A stretch of 63,698 nt of DNA, filler included, from Choristocarpus tenellus KU-1152 (Eukaryota > Protista > Phaeophyceae), in the NCBI GenBank assembly GCA_964200185.2. It is 7 parts of 7 records of this genome, joined end to end, with 100 filler letters (N's around TTAATTAATTAA, not from the genome) between each part and the next. Parts side by side here need not be neighbours in the genome. Positions count along the whole stretch, not along the records: positions 19,517 to 51,171 come from CAXNAD020000079.1; 6 more parts are not named here. One strand, written 5' to 3'. The translations under genes were made by a program, and so were the position numbers. Under the pieces are notes generated by a model, which was not told where the DNA came from, made no database searches, and saw only the letters and a program-made list of their open reading frames with translations. The number at the start of each line of letters is the position of its first letter. The stretch's first letter is position 1. Of this stretch, positions 35,560-50,473 are shown piece by piece.

Positions 35560-38500
35560 ATGGGCGAAGAACGCGACGGGGATGGGGTGTCTGGGGTCGA
35601 TAAGGACAAGGAATATCGAGAATATTTTAGTCCCAAACCTTGCCAACGCCCAGCAGATTTTCCCTACCAAGCTGATGGGCTGACGCCAAGCTGGGGGTAC
35701 AGTGGTCATTGCGAAAAGGTTAAGAGCTTCTGTGTAACGGGGGAGGATCGTCAAGGACACTTGAAAGTCGTATCGTTGGATGGACGAGGTATACACAGCT
35801 ACGACAAACAAGGTGGTCAGAACTTGGTTAAACCATTTTCCGCCACAGAGCGGAGTATCGTCTGCAGCCTGTGCTTCATTCCTAGATACGATGTGATTAT
35901 CGTCTCGTCGATGGTGAGTTGAGGGGAGGAGTAGGACCAACACAACTTTGTCAAGCTTTGAAACTCCAGACAGTCCATTAGAGCCCTGTGCTAGCCACAC
36001 TCTGTAATTCGATCCATACCTTCACCAGATGCTTCTCGGGTTTCAGATGGAAACTCTTCTTACTGGATTTGTGTCCATACTTGAAAGGTGCGATTTTCTG
36101 TTCTTCCATGTATGTCAGGTTACTGCAAATGCCTGCCTCGCCTCTTGGGACCACTAACACACGATATACGAGATGCATTTAAGCTCGACCCCCACATTCG
36201 TCGCCAACACTATCTCACAAAAAAATGGTGTATCTCCTGCAAGTGTAGGATACAACTCTTCGAGTGTATGATCGACGAAAACTGTTGGAGCTGGTGGTGC
36301 TCCCAACGAGAAAAATGGCGCTGCTTTTTCTCGCCTACAACAATAAATCTGATCAGATCATATCTGGGGGGTCTGAGGGTTGCCATGTGTGGCGTCTTGT
36401 TCGCCGCATTAGCTCGAGTAACTCGTATCCTAGCATGTCAGGTAAGGCAGAAAGGTGTTACCCCTGAGCTCAAGCGAGGATGCTCAATGAAGAATATCAA
36501 TCACCACATATATTTCGATCTCCAGAACAGAACCTGCAACGATCTAACACTCCACTTCATGGTGGGAACTTGATTAGCTATTCGGTTTTCATACTTGTGC
36601 TGACTACCAAGTTTGCCGCCACTGGTTGAAATAGTTACTGCAAGCAGTCCGGAAAAAAATATTACCCCTCAAGCTGAGTCAAAGCTGTGTCATTTGTTCT
36701 TATCCTTGTTGCAGGTGACAGGTGTACGTCATCATATTCTCTGTCTCTGATAAGGGAGTTCAAGGATTGCCCAAAGTGGATGACCAAGATCGAATTTGAT
36801 GAGGAAGCCCAAATCCTCCTTGTCCTTAAGGGAGGTTGTGTGGTGATATACGACACAACAACAAATCTGGAGGTGCATCGTATTATCAGAGCCCATGGTG
36901 TACCGCTGACAGCTGGCTTGTGGTTTACGGACAGTCAATACATAGTTACAGGGTGCTCGCAGGGTTTCATCAAGGTCTGGGCATGCCACCACAAGGATCG
37001 TGGCACTGCACCAAAGGAGCTTCGAAAAAAGGGAAAGGGAGTAAAGATTGCTCACAGGAAGAGAAGAAGAACTGCCACTATGAAGCAACCAGCACTTCTA
37101 AAATCAATCCGCAAACATTCGCACACAGTGACGGGACTTGTGGCCCATAGGGTGAACTGCTCTCTTATTCTTAGCTCCAGCTTGGATCAAACCCTGCGGT
37201 TGTGGGACATTCATCGCCTCATTGCAGTGGCAGTGATCCAAACAAGTGGCCCAGTGGCTTGCCTTCAATCATACAGCAGTGAAGATGGAGGTACTCAGAT
37301 GATATATGCGGAGGAGAAGGGGTACATAAGCGTTCTGAGAGTGTGCAAAGTGTGCACTTTTGTTTTTGGGACTGTGCAAGAGGTCAGGCGAATACAGTAC
37401 TTTCCTCAAGGATTCGAGGATGGGATGGTCTCAGGTGATGGTAGGTATGTTGTGCACAGGTTAGGGTAGTGCATAGCTCATACATTCAATAAGGGCCTCA
37501 GTTGATGGCGATTTTTCTGAATTTGAGGGTGGATGTTGATTTCAATGAGGCCTGCAAGAGCTTCTCAGTTCCATTTTTACCCCAGTGTCAAGACTTATGA
37601 TGGTATATGGAGCGTGCTCTTTAAGTACACTTGTTTGTCTTTCCTAAAAAAAATGTGGTATGGTCTTTATTCAACAGTGCATAATCTAACCGGTCCTGGA
37701 TCTCTATCTTGCTCTAGGGAGTAGCTGCAATGTTGGGAAGCATGGCCTCCTCCTTGTGGAAATGGATCAAGGTCTATGGGGCATGATTGATGAGTCTGTG
37801 CTGGTAGGTTGGAACAAGGATCAGGATACGGCAGATGCAATCCCCTTGTCATATAAAGGTGGCTCCAGTCAAAAATATGGAAATCAAGAGAATACCAGTG
37901 TGAGGGTCAATGGGAGAAAAAGGGAAAAAGGTGGCAACTGTTGTGGCATGGGATTAGCAGATAGAACCAAATTCTTTTTAGCCTGGGCTCATTTGAAGTC
38001 TGTGGCAGACCGTTTTTGCCATCATACATGGGTACCACGTCGGTCCAAGGTGGTGTGTCTTGCTGACAATGGCTCCTTGGCAGTGCATAGTGTTGAGAAG
38101 GGAAAGGAAAGCAAAGGGCAATCTTGGCAGGTGTCACTACCCTCGCCAAACGAGAAGGTGATGTGCATGGTGCTGCTGTGTGAAGTACCACTTGCTGGAC
38201 AACATACTCTCAACAACCTCCTTGCCGCTTGGGTAGGGCGTTTCGGGGTACATGCCACTTGTGTGGAAGGCAATGGTGGTGGAGGCATCAAATGCCCTGC
38301 TCAGGGATTCCATGGATGCAGGCAAACTATAGGGAGGAAATGTGGAAAAGAAATGGCAGCAGAAAATGGGGTCATTGGGCTTGGGACATCATGTGGAGGT
38401 ATCCTGATTGTTGAGACCTGCATGAAGGGTGCGGTGAGAGAGACACCTTCACCTCTCCATAGCATTATATACTCCAGAGTAGGATTGAACTGCAGTTGAA

Positions 38501-41500
38501 AGAAAAACCCTTGAAGTGGTTGGCGGAATACCCTTGGCATATCTGCCTTATTTCATCCTGGTGGCTCAGACCTCACTGCAATGTTGATCTTTCTGCTTCT
38601 CAAACCTTACCTCTACTTAACCCCTTGAGACCCCCAGCCATTAGCATACTGCGAAGGCGTTTTTTGTGGACCTGTCATCTCCATGTTCTGTGTGGGAGGC
38701 AGTAGCGATGTTCACCACAATGGCAGTGGGGACAACAGTACCTCTCACCCTTGCCGACTCATTTGTATGGGGGGAAATGCATGTGATATATTGGTGAAGG
38801 GCTTCATACTACCCTCCATGCAAATGGCTTTTTCGTTTGATGTTGCGGAGACTCCCTCCTGCTTTGAGGTGGCAAGAGAGCATCCACTCCTGGCATTGGG
38901 TTATGATGATGGCACCGTTCAGATGGTGGTCTTCAGGGGAGACAGGTGTGTCTTCTAAAATAAGATCAATAGTTTGAACACCAGTTGCAATCAATCATGG
39001 AGAGGCCAAGTACACCAAACTTATTTTCATGATACGGAGAGACAGCAGATAGAGAGGAGACACGATTGCAGAAGAATATTTCCCTTTCCATTCTGCTATC
39101 AAAGAGAGTGTAGCTAACTCAGGCATCCACCAATGCTTATAGTTTTGATATGCTATTGGCGTCTCTCCAAAACCCTGTAGTGTTTCGTGTGGAAGTGCTG
39201 GTGCTCTTCTCTTTCCAGACCAATGGTCTGAAGTGGTGTTACACCTCTGTATTTGAACTGAATGGGGTACAAGAATCAGGTGCATGTGTCAGGCTATTTT
39301 TGAGGACGCTCTTTGATGTCTTGTCCTTGGCAAGCAGACTTGTGGAGATAGAGAAAGTATTGCTCAAGGTCAAAATTTTGCACTGGTGATCAAACACTCT
39401 CCCACCTGCACTAGCTTACACCCTCCGCACCTGAGTCGGGATAATCCCAGCATAATTTGGGGATGACGGTTGGGGTTTCATTTTGATACCTTAGTCACTA
39501 TTTGTAGTGTTGGTTGTTGAGTGAGTTTATGTACTGCAGAGATGATTAAGTCTCTCATGGACAACATGACCTCTGTGTTTGTTTCCCTTAACTTCATACA
39601 GTGACTTCTCAACGACCTTCGGACAATGATTCTATACTCACATGAGAGATGTTGAGATCTATCACAGCATTGGATTATGTGCTGCCATGTGTCCACCCAT
39701 GGATATTGAGTCCTCTTTAAGGGGTTAGTGGAAGACTTGTACAGTGTTGACATACGTCCAGAATGTCCTTGTTATTCCTTGACTTCATACAACACTTTCT
39801 CAGTGACTTCCATGAATAGATTTACACTCACATGAGAAATGTGTTGAAATTTATTACAACATTGAATTATGTGCTGCCAACTGTGAGTCAAAGTAAGCGA
39901 GAGGTACCCAGAGTTGCCTTTTAAGGATGCTGACAAATGTTTGCAAAAGTTGTCTTCTTTTTTACAAGTGCTTGTACGAAGGTTTCCCAACCCTAACCCT
40001 AAACAACAGAGGAATCAACAGTCTCAAGTGCAACTTAGGAAGTCATCCATGGAAATATGGGCAAATTGTGAAATATTGAGAGACTGGCATTTAATGCAAA
40101 AGAGGCAAAACCTGGGTACCCCTCGTTTTCTTTGTCTCTGTTCACCCACAGATATTGAAGCCATTTCAAAAGGTTAGAGGAGGGGTTCCTCAGCATAGAC
40201 ATCCGTTCAGAATATCCTTGGGGGGTACCTCTTTTTTATCTCATACCACACACCAAAAAGGGGTACTGTCATGAGCAATCAAAAGAGAACATATATGTTA
40301 GGAAAAATAGATAGCCCAGGGCATCCCCCTGTGTTCCAGACCACAATGAGTATATTTTCCATGTCGCTTGATGCTAAACACATATTGCTCGGTCCTTCCA
40401 TACTGAAACTGAAACAAGTCATTATTCTGCACATTCTGCATCGCTTTGGACCAAAACCAGGGAATATACCACTTTTTGTTCACCCTTGCTTTTTTTTCTT
40501 ATGATTGATCCCTGCATCATGCAATGTTAATCCTTGTGTCAAAAAACCCCACCCGCGCTGTCACATTCTTTCCAACACTCAGGGTGAACCATCTTGAGAG
40601 TGCTGGGCTCACAGGGAAGCATCAAGACAAAATCGTCGCCATTAGCTTCAGTGACCTCTACAGGTGTTTGGCTACCGGCAGTGCAAATGGCTTCCTAAAT
40701 ATATGGGACCACAGTGGATACCTCATGCACACCATTTACCTTCAGGTCAGACCTAAGCAGATATGGTTGACTACCAACAACAGGGACCAAATCCAAATGC
40801 TAAAGATTCTAATAGTTGAGGTATTTTGACCGCATGACTTGTCTAAGTACCCTACTCTCATGGCAACAGGGACCACCCTGTGCCATTGCCTTTGCTGATG
40901 CTGTGGGAGAGATAATAATTTCTCAGAGTTCAGGTTTATTCAGTATCCCTTGTGACCGCTGGAGTCCACGGCGCCTTCTAATTGCTGTAGAACGTGATAA
41001 GCAAAGGGATGCTTTAAGATTATGTGGACAAGAAGGGGAGCCAGTTGCCAGAACGGATGTTGACAGGGGTGAAGAGGGGATGGATGAGGGAACGGTGATA
41101 AGCAATCCTTCCTCCTCTGAGGGGACTCACGGGCACCAAGAGGTACTTTCCTCTCTTCGTGAAAAAGAAAATAAATCCGATCTTGTTATGGGCCTCTCTG
41201 CACCTCAGGCTAGGTGTGGTCTACTATCTGAAGAGGAAGAGAAGGAGGGCGTAGAGGAAAAGAGAGACAGTGTAAAGAAAGAGGGAAAGGAGGAGGACAG
41301 AAAAGACAAAGGGAATATGGCAAAAGAAGGAGGACCCAGAGCAGGAGAGGTCTTGGCAGTTTGGGGGGAGAATGTTTATAAGAGTTCGGGTAATCCAGGA
41401 AATGAAGGTAGACCTTTGGGGAGGCAGAAGGAGGTAAGGGTTCATCAAATGATTGCACCTCTTGGCAAGGACAACAGCATCCTGGACCAAATAAGTGCCA

Positions 41501-43934
41501 AAGCCCTCCAGGATTCCAGCCCCCCGCCTTTGAAGACAAAAATAGAAAAATCGGTGAGTGGGATGATTTTTTTGTCGGTAGTCGCTTCATAAATGTCGTC
41601 TGTCATCTGTCTCACTAAATGAAGAAAAAATAGATGTTTGGGGCTTGAGTTGGTGAGGGCCCATACTATCCCTACATACGTGCACAAAATATCTGGGCAA
41701 AATTGTTATTTCAGTTTCGTCTCAAGTTTGTCCCCTGCCATTGTATTATTCTCCGGCTTATCCTTTTTTAAAGGAAGCTTTATTTTGTACAATAGTAGCA
41801 AAGGTATTATTATTTATATTGTCACTTCTTCATGAGATCTCAAACAAGAAAAAAAAGATAAACCAATTTTCACCCCATGGAATCAATCGTAGAATTCTCT
41901 ATGATACAATCCTCAGGTCTACTTTGGCGTTAGGTGAGTCCAGGTAAGGCATCAAACTGTCATTGAGAAGCATTTGTATACGCAACAAACAAGGTCTGTA
42001 CAAAACTTGCATAATAGGTCAGATAGTTCCAATGCATGATCATCCAGATGATGTCGACTCTCCTATATACACAGTGTTGTACAAGCGAGAGCAAACATCA
42101 ATTGAAAAACAGAATTTTGTATCACCTTTGCAGGCATTTACATGTGTCCAATGTGAGAACTCCATTCTATGCTACTCGAATCTCCCTTTGTTCTACTTCA
42201 AAGTTCGTGACATAGGGTGTATTGAACATCTATGCGTTAAGATGTACAGGCTTTTCTGCATGTTACTTGAAATGACTTCATGATATGGCCAATCAATACA
42301 TTTTTTTCTAGCCTGCTACTTGTGAAAGAGCACACGTAGGCAACAACCAAATCCAAACCACTTCTGTTGATAATTGGAATGTCCCTAACCTACTTCTAGT
42401 TTTCATCCCTTGGTCATTTCCTTACAAGAACTCATGCAATACGTAGGAATTGATGCTCGAGGACAGCACACAAACAGGAGACCGACTGGGGAGGTCACCG
42501 TTGGTTTTGAATGATCTCTGTCAGGAACATCAGAATGAGCTGGAGAGCAAAATGCTACAGGAGACAAGCCATTATGAAAATATAGGAGCCTCCCTCCCCT
42601 CCCTCATGGCGTTGTCTCCTGTTGCTGAGGTGGCTGTAACCAAAGAGAAGGAGACTACTAACGACACCCTAGGATCACACCTAGGTTTCTTGAAAGACAG
42701 AGGAATGTTCTCTTCACAGAACCCTATCTCTCACATAGTCTTGAGGGCAAGAACTACAGATGACCAGGAAGTGATGGGAATCTCTACAAAATTGCTGTTG
42801 GCAAGACTCACCCCCCGTCCTACTTCTCAGGAGGGTTTGTTTGCTGTGAACCCAACCTGTTTGTCACCTGCTGTGAAGCACAAGCAACTAGAGGGTGGTT
42901 GCAGCAATGATGCGTTAGTATCTCAATCATTGGATGCTGGACAATCATATTTGGGAGGCAATCTTTCTCCCAGGACTTGTAAAAGGTCACACAGTAGAAA
43001 GTCTTGCTCAGTGTTGATTGGGGCTGGAACAACTTCAAAAGTGAATGATTCTAACCAGGTAGTGTCTTGTGGAGTTGATGGGGAGGCTTCAAAGTCATAT
43101 AGTACCCCTAGCGAAGAGGCAATGTGTTTTCCACCACATCATGCCTTGAATGAAACTGATGAAGGCCATTACGATATACAGCGAGGGAAATCGTTGGTGC
43201 TTGCTTCCAGGTGTGACTCGAGCGAGGACATACACGTTTTTCCAGTGCCCCCTCCATGCCCCCCGCCACCTCCGCCAATGACTCGCCAAAATGTAACTGG
43301 CAAGGGACCACGTTTTAAGTCAAATGGAGACCACCAAGATCAACAACCCTTGAACTGGCAGGGTGGATTTTGTCCTATCCACCTCAGACTCTCTTCAGAT
43401 CTTGATTCAATGACAATTTCTAGGCTTGTTCCCAGTAAGCATGCAAAAAAGACAGACCAATTTGGAAAGGGCGAAAGATCTGAATGGGGGCAAGCAAATC
43501 CCCATGCTAAACTTTATGGTAGCAATCACAGCATAAAGAAGTCTACCCGTTGGAAAATTCCAACGCCCTTGGAGTCAGGAATTCGACAAAAGCCTGGTAC
43601 AGGAACAGCAATTCCTTACAAAATGTCTCCTGTCCCCCCTTCCAAAGAGGAGGGAAGGGTGGCAGAGCCATGTGCTTGCCCAGTTCAAAAGACTGATGCC
43701 ACAGGCATTGTGGCAATACCGGATTCCCACTTTCAAGATATGTTGTCTGGGTCTGGGCCAGGTGGGCAGGTCATGGGTTCAGGGAATGCACTCTTGCAGA
43801 GAACTGCCTTCTTCCCAGTCCGGCCAGTTAGTCAGCATCAGAGGGGTATAGGAAGGGCGGGTGCAACGGGCCCCAGACCTAGCATAAAGCACAGGTCAAG
43901 TGGCATGAGGTTGTGCTCGATGGAAAGTGTCTAG
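35560..43934 (+). CDS. Large WD40-repeat protein (possibly WDR87/WDR97-like) with a long disordered C-terminus, about 9 exons
   Basis: WD motifs SSMDTTLRVYD, IVTGCSQGFIKVWA, HSHTVTGL...SSSLDQTLRLWD, LALGYDDGTVQ and HQDKIVAISFS...LATGSANGFLNIWD. Exons at approximately 35560-35913, 36249-36441, 36715-37440, 37720-38432, 38645-38945, 39181-39280, 40582-40745, 40871-41553 and 42448-43934. Internal junctions are approximate. Confidence 0.8.
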
Positions 43935-45334
43935 GATAAGTGAATCCATTGTGCAATAGAAAGGTTAGAGGTTGGTTTTAAATGACATCCTCTGGTTCTC
44001 AACATTGAGAAGAGGTGTTAAGGTAGCCCTCTGTATGGATTTAAAGGTCATGATGTACCAACATGTTTTGGGCAATGAACACCTTGCTGTGGAAGAAAAA
44101 ATGTTTGAGGTACATGCCAAGGATGTTGAAGGTATAACACAAAGCGATGAATAGCTGGAGTTAACTTTGTATCACTACCACGATAAAAAATAACAATTTT
44201 ACTTTTGAGGTGTGAGATAATAATTCAAACTTCATGAAACCAGTCTTCATCTTCCGTCATAAAAGAAATAAAAAGTTCAATTCCTACCCAATCTACGCCA
44301 ATGCCATACTTCGAAGTACACCACATCAGAACTTTTTGACTCCTCATGGACCTGACTCTTGGTTGTGCGCCCCCATACTATGTGTGTGTGACAAGAATGG
44401 AAGTAGTTCATAGTAAGAACCAAGCCACTGAAATTAATCACTTTGCCTTCTACTTGGAAGTCAGGATCTAGATGTGCACATCACCAGTCCTGCACCAATC
44501 TCCATCACTCATGTCACACTTGTCAAAATAATGGAACATGGAAAATGTGCGAACTTAACAGAAGTCATACACTACTTTGCCTATCCGATATATGACTACC
44601 TGGGATAAATAATTTCGACACCTTCAAGAAGCCTTAAGCTGACACTAAGAAAAAAAAATTGGTGTTCATTAACTCCAGATATGTATACCCTTGTAGAGAG
44701 TACACTCTGAGGACCCAAATAGCTCTAAGGTGAAAAACCTTGTCCGTCTCTTAGGAACATTATGATACAAGAGTTGCATGAAATGATATCTTCTCATTGT
44801 ACCATGATCGCCCGTTTATGTTTTATTCATTTTCTGTGTTTCTAGATAAATCGTGTGAGCGTGAGCTATTGTGGTCAATCCCTTGGAATAGGTTTACAAT
44901 AGGTAAGGTTTACAGTTAGCAGCTGGCAGCGATTGGAATCAAACCTTGAAAGACAAAATACATAACAAGGTAGGCTATTAACCTCACATCCAATCTCAGC
45001 ACCATCTTTCCATAATGTAAGCTCAAATACACCACTCAAAACTGTAGTTAACTATGAAAGGCACTTCACAACAGTAAGAAGATTCTTAATGATCTGAGCT
45101 ATTGGCATTCTTCACTCCTCATTACAGCTATTCCCTAAAACCATACAATTCCATATATAAAACACTACATACATACAACTATGCACACATATACACACAC
45201 AAGAGTCGTAGACCTAATCAGACAAGTATGTGTCAGATACTATACAAGCAATGAAAACACACTGCAGAGGAGACATCACACATTGAGCGCTTCCTGCTCA
45301 ACATGTCAAACACTGCACCTTCAAGCTACACAAG

Positions 45335-48300
45335 CTACACAGCAATGTTCAACGCTTGGTCTGTGGCCTGTGCTGTTTCCAAGCTCTTGCGTTTCAAGCA
45401 GCTGCCCTCACCACTGTCACAAACATCTACATCCTTATCATCCACAACCTGTACCTGTCTTAGTTCAGGCCCATTCACACCTGTATCCCCCTTCCCATGT
45501 CAACAAGAAAGGACGAAGATTTGGACAAAATGAGGTACAAAGGTCATTATCAGTTTAAATTATTTTTCAAATACTGACTCCATCAAACACAAATTTCAAC
45601 TACTGACAAATGGGCATGCTAATTAAACTGCACTATAGTAGTACCATGTTATGCTAAAATTGAAAAGGTGGACAAACACCTTTCCAACATGGGAAGTTCC
45701 ACCAATGGAATGGCCCACATGTTGCAGTGAGTCAATAGGGTGCATTTGCAATGTAATATCTTCTACCCCCTCAACCTTAGGCTGAGTTAGCAATACTCTG
45801 ACAGGTAGCTGAACCAAAAAAAAAATGAAGTCACGATGAGTTGTCCTTGAAAAGTAGTGGAGAGTGAGAAAATTATGTGATACTGCCCCTCTTCAGAAAA
45901 AGGAACAACTCCCTCATTCTTGTAATGCATACAATTATTCTTCCTTCTGACCTTGGACAGACGTAGCTCTCCCTTCAGTTTTAGCACTTCCTCTTCAAGC
46001 TCCTTTATTCTTGCCTTCCCTGTCTCAACAGCTGACTTCAAGCCCATCAGGTATTCCAATCCCACAGTCACTTGTTCTCCACCACCCTGCTCGCCACTGC
46101 ACACCTTCCAGACAAGAAATCCATGTCAGAGAGAGTGAGAGAGTGAGAGAGTGAGAGAGTGAACGTTGGTCAACAAAAAAAAAGAAAAGAGAGAGGGTTG
46201 GGGGAAGTATAGCTTAGAGATCTCTTGAGGAAGGACATAGTCTTGGCATAAATGAGAATCATTTTAGGAGCATATCTATTAGGACAACCTGGAATCCAGC
46301 ACACACAGTCCCCACAATCTTGATGCACCATCACCCCAACCCACACCCTGATCACTTTGATGTTACAGCATCAATTGCAAAATAATCAATTTGTACAACG
46401 GAATGTTATTTGTGGTATGTAGACTGAACACTGTCCGCCATCCTATTAACCCACTTGAAGGATTCATTTAACCTCTCACACAGCAGGTAAGGGAGCATAA
46501 GTATTGTAAGTGTTGGTATTTTGTACAGGATTTAAAGGTAGGGATAGAGCCGGTCTGGGGCAGTTAGGGTTAGGGTTAGTCATGCATGCATCAGCCTATG
46601 TACGTAAAAAGTCCTAAGTGAGAACATTGTGTGAAGAGTCTAGTCAAGGATAGACATACATAACTCACTAGAATATTTGCACATATGCAGGATATGCAGG
46701 AGTAGCGTAAGTCAGACACCAAGCTCAACCCTAACCCTAACATAGACACTGGATGTATACTCCTCAAAGAAATCAATATGAGAAATATATACACATACAA
46801 ATATTCACATAGGTACAAAATTAATATTTCGGCTAGGGCAACAACAAAGCACTTTCAAATAAATTATTTGTTCTGGCTGTGGTCCACACCAACAGACTCT
46901 TTACAACTTTCAAATGCCTAATCCATGTTTGCCAACAACATGACCCTCACCCTCAACTTTGAGATCAGATTATGACTTCACACACAAAAGGTACACTCTC
47001 CTATAATACCTATCCCTATACTCCCAACACTGCTGTATAAAAAACAGATACAGTACAGTGATAAATTGTTTGCACTCATACAAAAAAGCACCAACATTGA
47101 ACAATTTGCAGACTGCTGCTCTGCTGCTCTTTTACCAAGGTAAGCAAAACGACTTTGCACATACACATAGAATAAACAGTGTGCTCTACATGGATAAACG
47201 CTACTGGCATCTGTGATCCTATCATCACACACCTGTCCTTGGGCATCAATAGCTCCACGTGGGGAGAGCATTTGGACACTGGCTGGAGACATGGGGGCAG
47301 TTCCACCACTGCCATCACTGCGGAGACCATTGACTGGGCCCCCTTGATAGCCTGGGTAAAAAGTGGTTGAGGCAATGAAGGAGTTTCACAAGCTTCACAA
47401 GGGGCAGTGAGGCTATGTACTAGGAAAAACAATGGAGGTAGTAGCAGCTTGCAGAAGGGCATATGAAAAAACAGGTAGATTGACAATGGGGCAGTACCTT
47501 TTTTGGTATTATTATTATGATTGATAGCCTCATCGTGTTGTTCTTCATTATCTCAAACCAATAAGGTGCTTGATACTTGCCAGGAGAAGCAGTGTAGGTC
47601 ATTGCGATTCCACTGTCAGCAATGATATGACAATGACTGTAAAGGAGGTAAAACAGCACCATTTGAAACTCAAATACCCTGACGAAATGATGTGTGCATG
47701 CAAGACAAGCTTTGTCAAAGCTACAGGCACTACCAACATTCTACATCAGATAGCATGAAGAATGAAAATATAGCCCTAACCCTACTGTACAAATCCAGAA
47801 TACCTCCTGTTCTCAGTACAACCTTGGCTTGCTCAATCACAGAATCACCTTTTGGAAGTAAGGACACACTGAGATTGAACAACAGAGGGCATGGCACAAA
47901 AGACAACATTTCCACCAAGTAACATGGCCTCTACTCTTACCTTGAGTCTTAGTGTCTTAGTGTCACTAACATGTTACTAACCCTAACCCTAACCTCATCT
48001 CGTACCTTAGTGTCTACATCTCTTGTTTACATTTCTTGTTTACATCTCTTCAACCAGGAACACTCTTCATACCTGGGTTGAGCACACGAGGATTCTCAGT
48101 TGACACTTGATCTTTGGGATTGATCACATAGGGAGAAACCCATATGCGGAATATCAAGGGCTCCTTGAGACTGTTGATGAACTGATTGCAGTCATCCAAG
48201 GGGCAGAAGAAGAAGGAGGAAGGATTTGATGGGGAGAGGGGAGGATGTTTGGAATTGGTCACAAGGAAGTTATGCTGGGTTTGGGTTGTTGGCTGAAAGC

Positions 48301-50435
48301 ACCCAACTGGGCCAAGTAATGAGAAGACACCTCTCCAAAGACACAGACGATAGACTTGACACTTCAGAACAAACTTGAGATATTGATAAACATGTACAAA
48401 AGGTAGAAGTGTTCAGTGCCATTTACCTTTCCTAAGTGAGCTGAAAGACAATCACAGTGAGAATTTTCATTGAATACTACAGAGCTCTAGCTGGGTTTTG
48501 AAAAGCAAACCCTAACCCTAACCCTAACCCTAAGTCCAAGAACAGTTTTGTTCATCGGGCTGTGACAAAAAAAAGGCTATGAGAGCACTTCTAGAGCTCT
48601 GCCTTTGTAGACTTGAAAGTGCACACTCTTAGGGGTTAGGATTAGGGATGAGTGAGGAGTAAAGTCTGACAAATGGCAGTAGATGTGTGTAACATGTTTG
48701 ACTAATGTCCCTGCTGTAACCACACACTAAGTATCACTGTGGTACAATCCCATCTTTTAGTTGTAAGTTGGCGGACAAAAATATGGTTAGGGTTAGGGTT
48801 TTAACCTGAGCCTTAATGACAAGTCAGAAAAATGGTACAACAGCGAGATCCTTTCAAGGGTTAGGGTATAATCTATGTACTGCATAAATCCCCCACATCC
48901 AGCAGTCCTTCCAGAAGTTCAAGAATCCCTCACTTTAATCACATGTCAAGCCTGCATTTCTTAGGGTTAGGGCAGAAAAAAACTGCAATACAGTGTAGTT
49001 GTGCTATGAACTGCAACGGCAACAAAATATCAAAATATCCATGTCATGAACAACCCCAACTGCAAAGCATGTACAGTTAGTTAATTCCGAGTACATAATA
49101 ACTTAGGAGGGGCAGATGCACTTCTGGCTCTCGCAAGACTGCCTTCCTAATACTAGAACATCCAGCAGGAGGCGGTACATAGTGTAACATACCTGCTGTG
49201 AGACCCTTTCAATGTGATGCACAAACGAGTAGTTCAACTCCGGATGATGAGTGTCCTGCTCTATTGTCTCTGTGGTAAACAACTGTCCTCCCAGCTCATA
49301 TTGGACAAAGGCTGAGGACACCATGATTGGCAAGCCAGTTGCCCCCTTAATATCCACTCTGAAAACAGAGTACATGTATGCAGTAAAAAAAGAGTATGTA
49401 TATATATATATAGAGAGAGAGAAACTTTAGCCCTAATCTACATTAAGCTGATTTGTATTGCATATAGTCCAAGTCAACAAGTGAACAAGGGTTAGGGTCC
49501 TACAACGCAACAGAATTTTAAATTTTTAAAAAAGGACAAACAAGGGGACATAGCTGAAGAGACAGATTGGAACCCTGTTCACAACTTCAAGGGCACAAGT
49601 ATGCCCTGACACCTTCAAACAACAGCGACTTGTCCTAGTGTCTTCCTGACAGTTCAACTCTTGACAAGCACGAGATAGTTCTTTTAGGGTACAAGTAAAA
49701 GTTGCTATTCTCTTCACATGCCAATGCTTTAACCCTAACCCTAATTTATATCCTGAAACGAGCAATCTTCAAGAGGCATTCCACACACACACACACTCCA
49801 ATAAATGTTAGCCAGTAGGGCCAGGGCCAGGGCTAGGGTTAAAAAAAGACATGGTTTTGCACTATACTTTTTCATTCTGGGAACGGGTACAGATCTCCAC
49901 ATGTGTGTCCCCAGCAAGAACAACGGACAACACAGAACATTACACACATAGACACATAGACACATACATAGATACATAGATACATAGACACATAGACACA
50001 TAGATACATAGACACATAGATACATAGATACATAGATACATAGAGACATAGACACATAGATACATAGACACATAGACACATAGACACATAGATAGATAGA
50101 TAGAGACATAGATACATAGACACATAGATACATAGATACATAGACACATAGACACATACATAGATACATAGATACATAGACACATAGATACATAGATACA
50201 TAGACACATAGAGACATAGAGACATAGAGACATAGATACATAGATACATAGATACATAGAGACATAGATACATAGACACATAGACACATAGACACATAGA
50301 CACATAGATACATAGATACATAGATACATAGACACATAGACACATAGACACATAGACACATACATAGATACATAGATACATAGACACATAGATACATAGA
50401 TAGATAGATAGATAGACACATAGACACATAGACAC

Positions 50436-50473
<38 letters not shown>

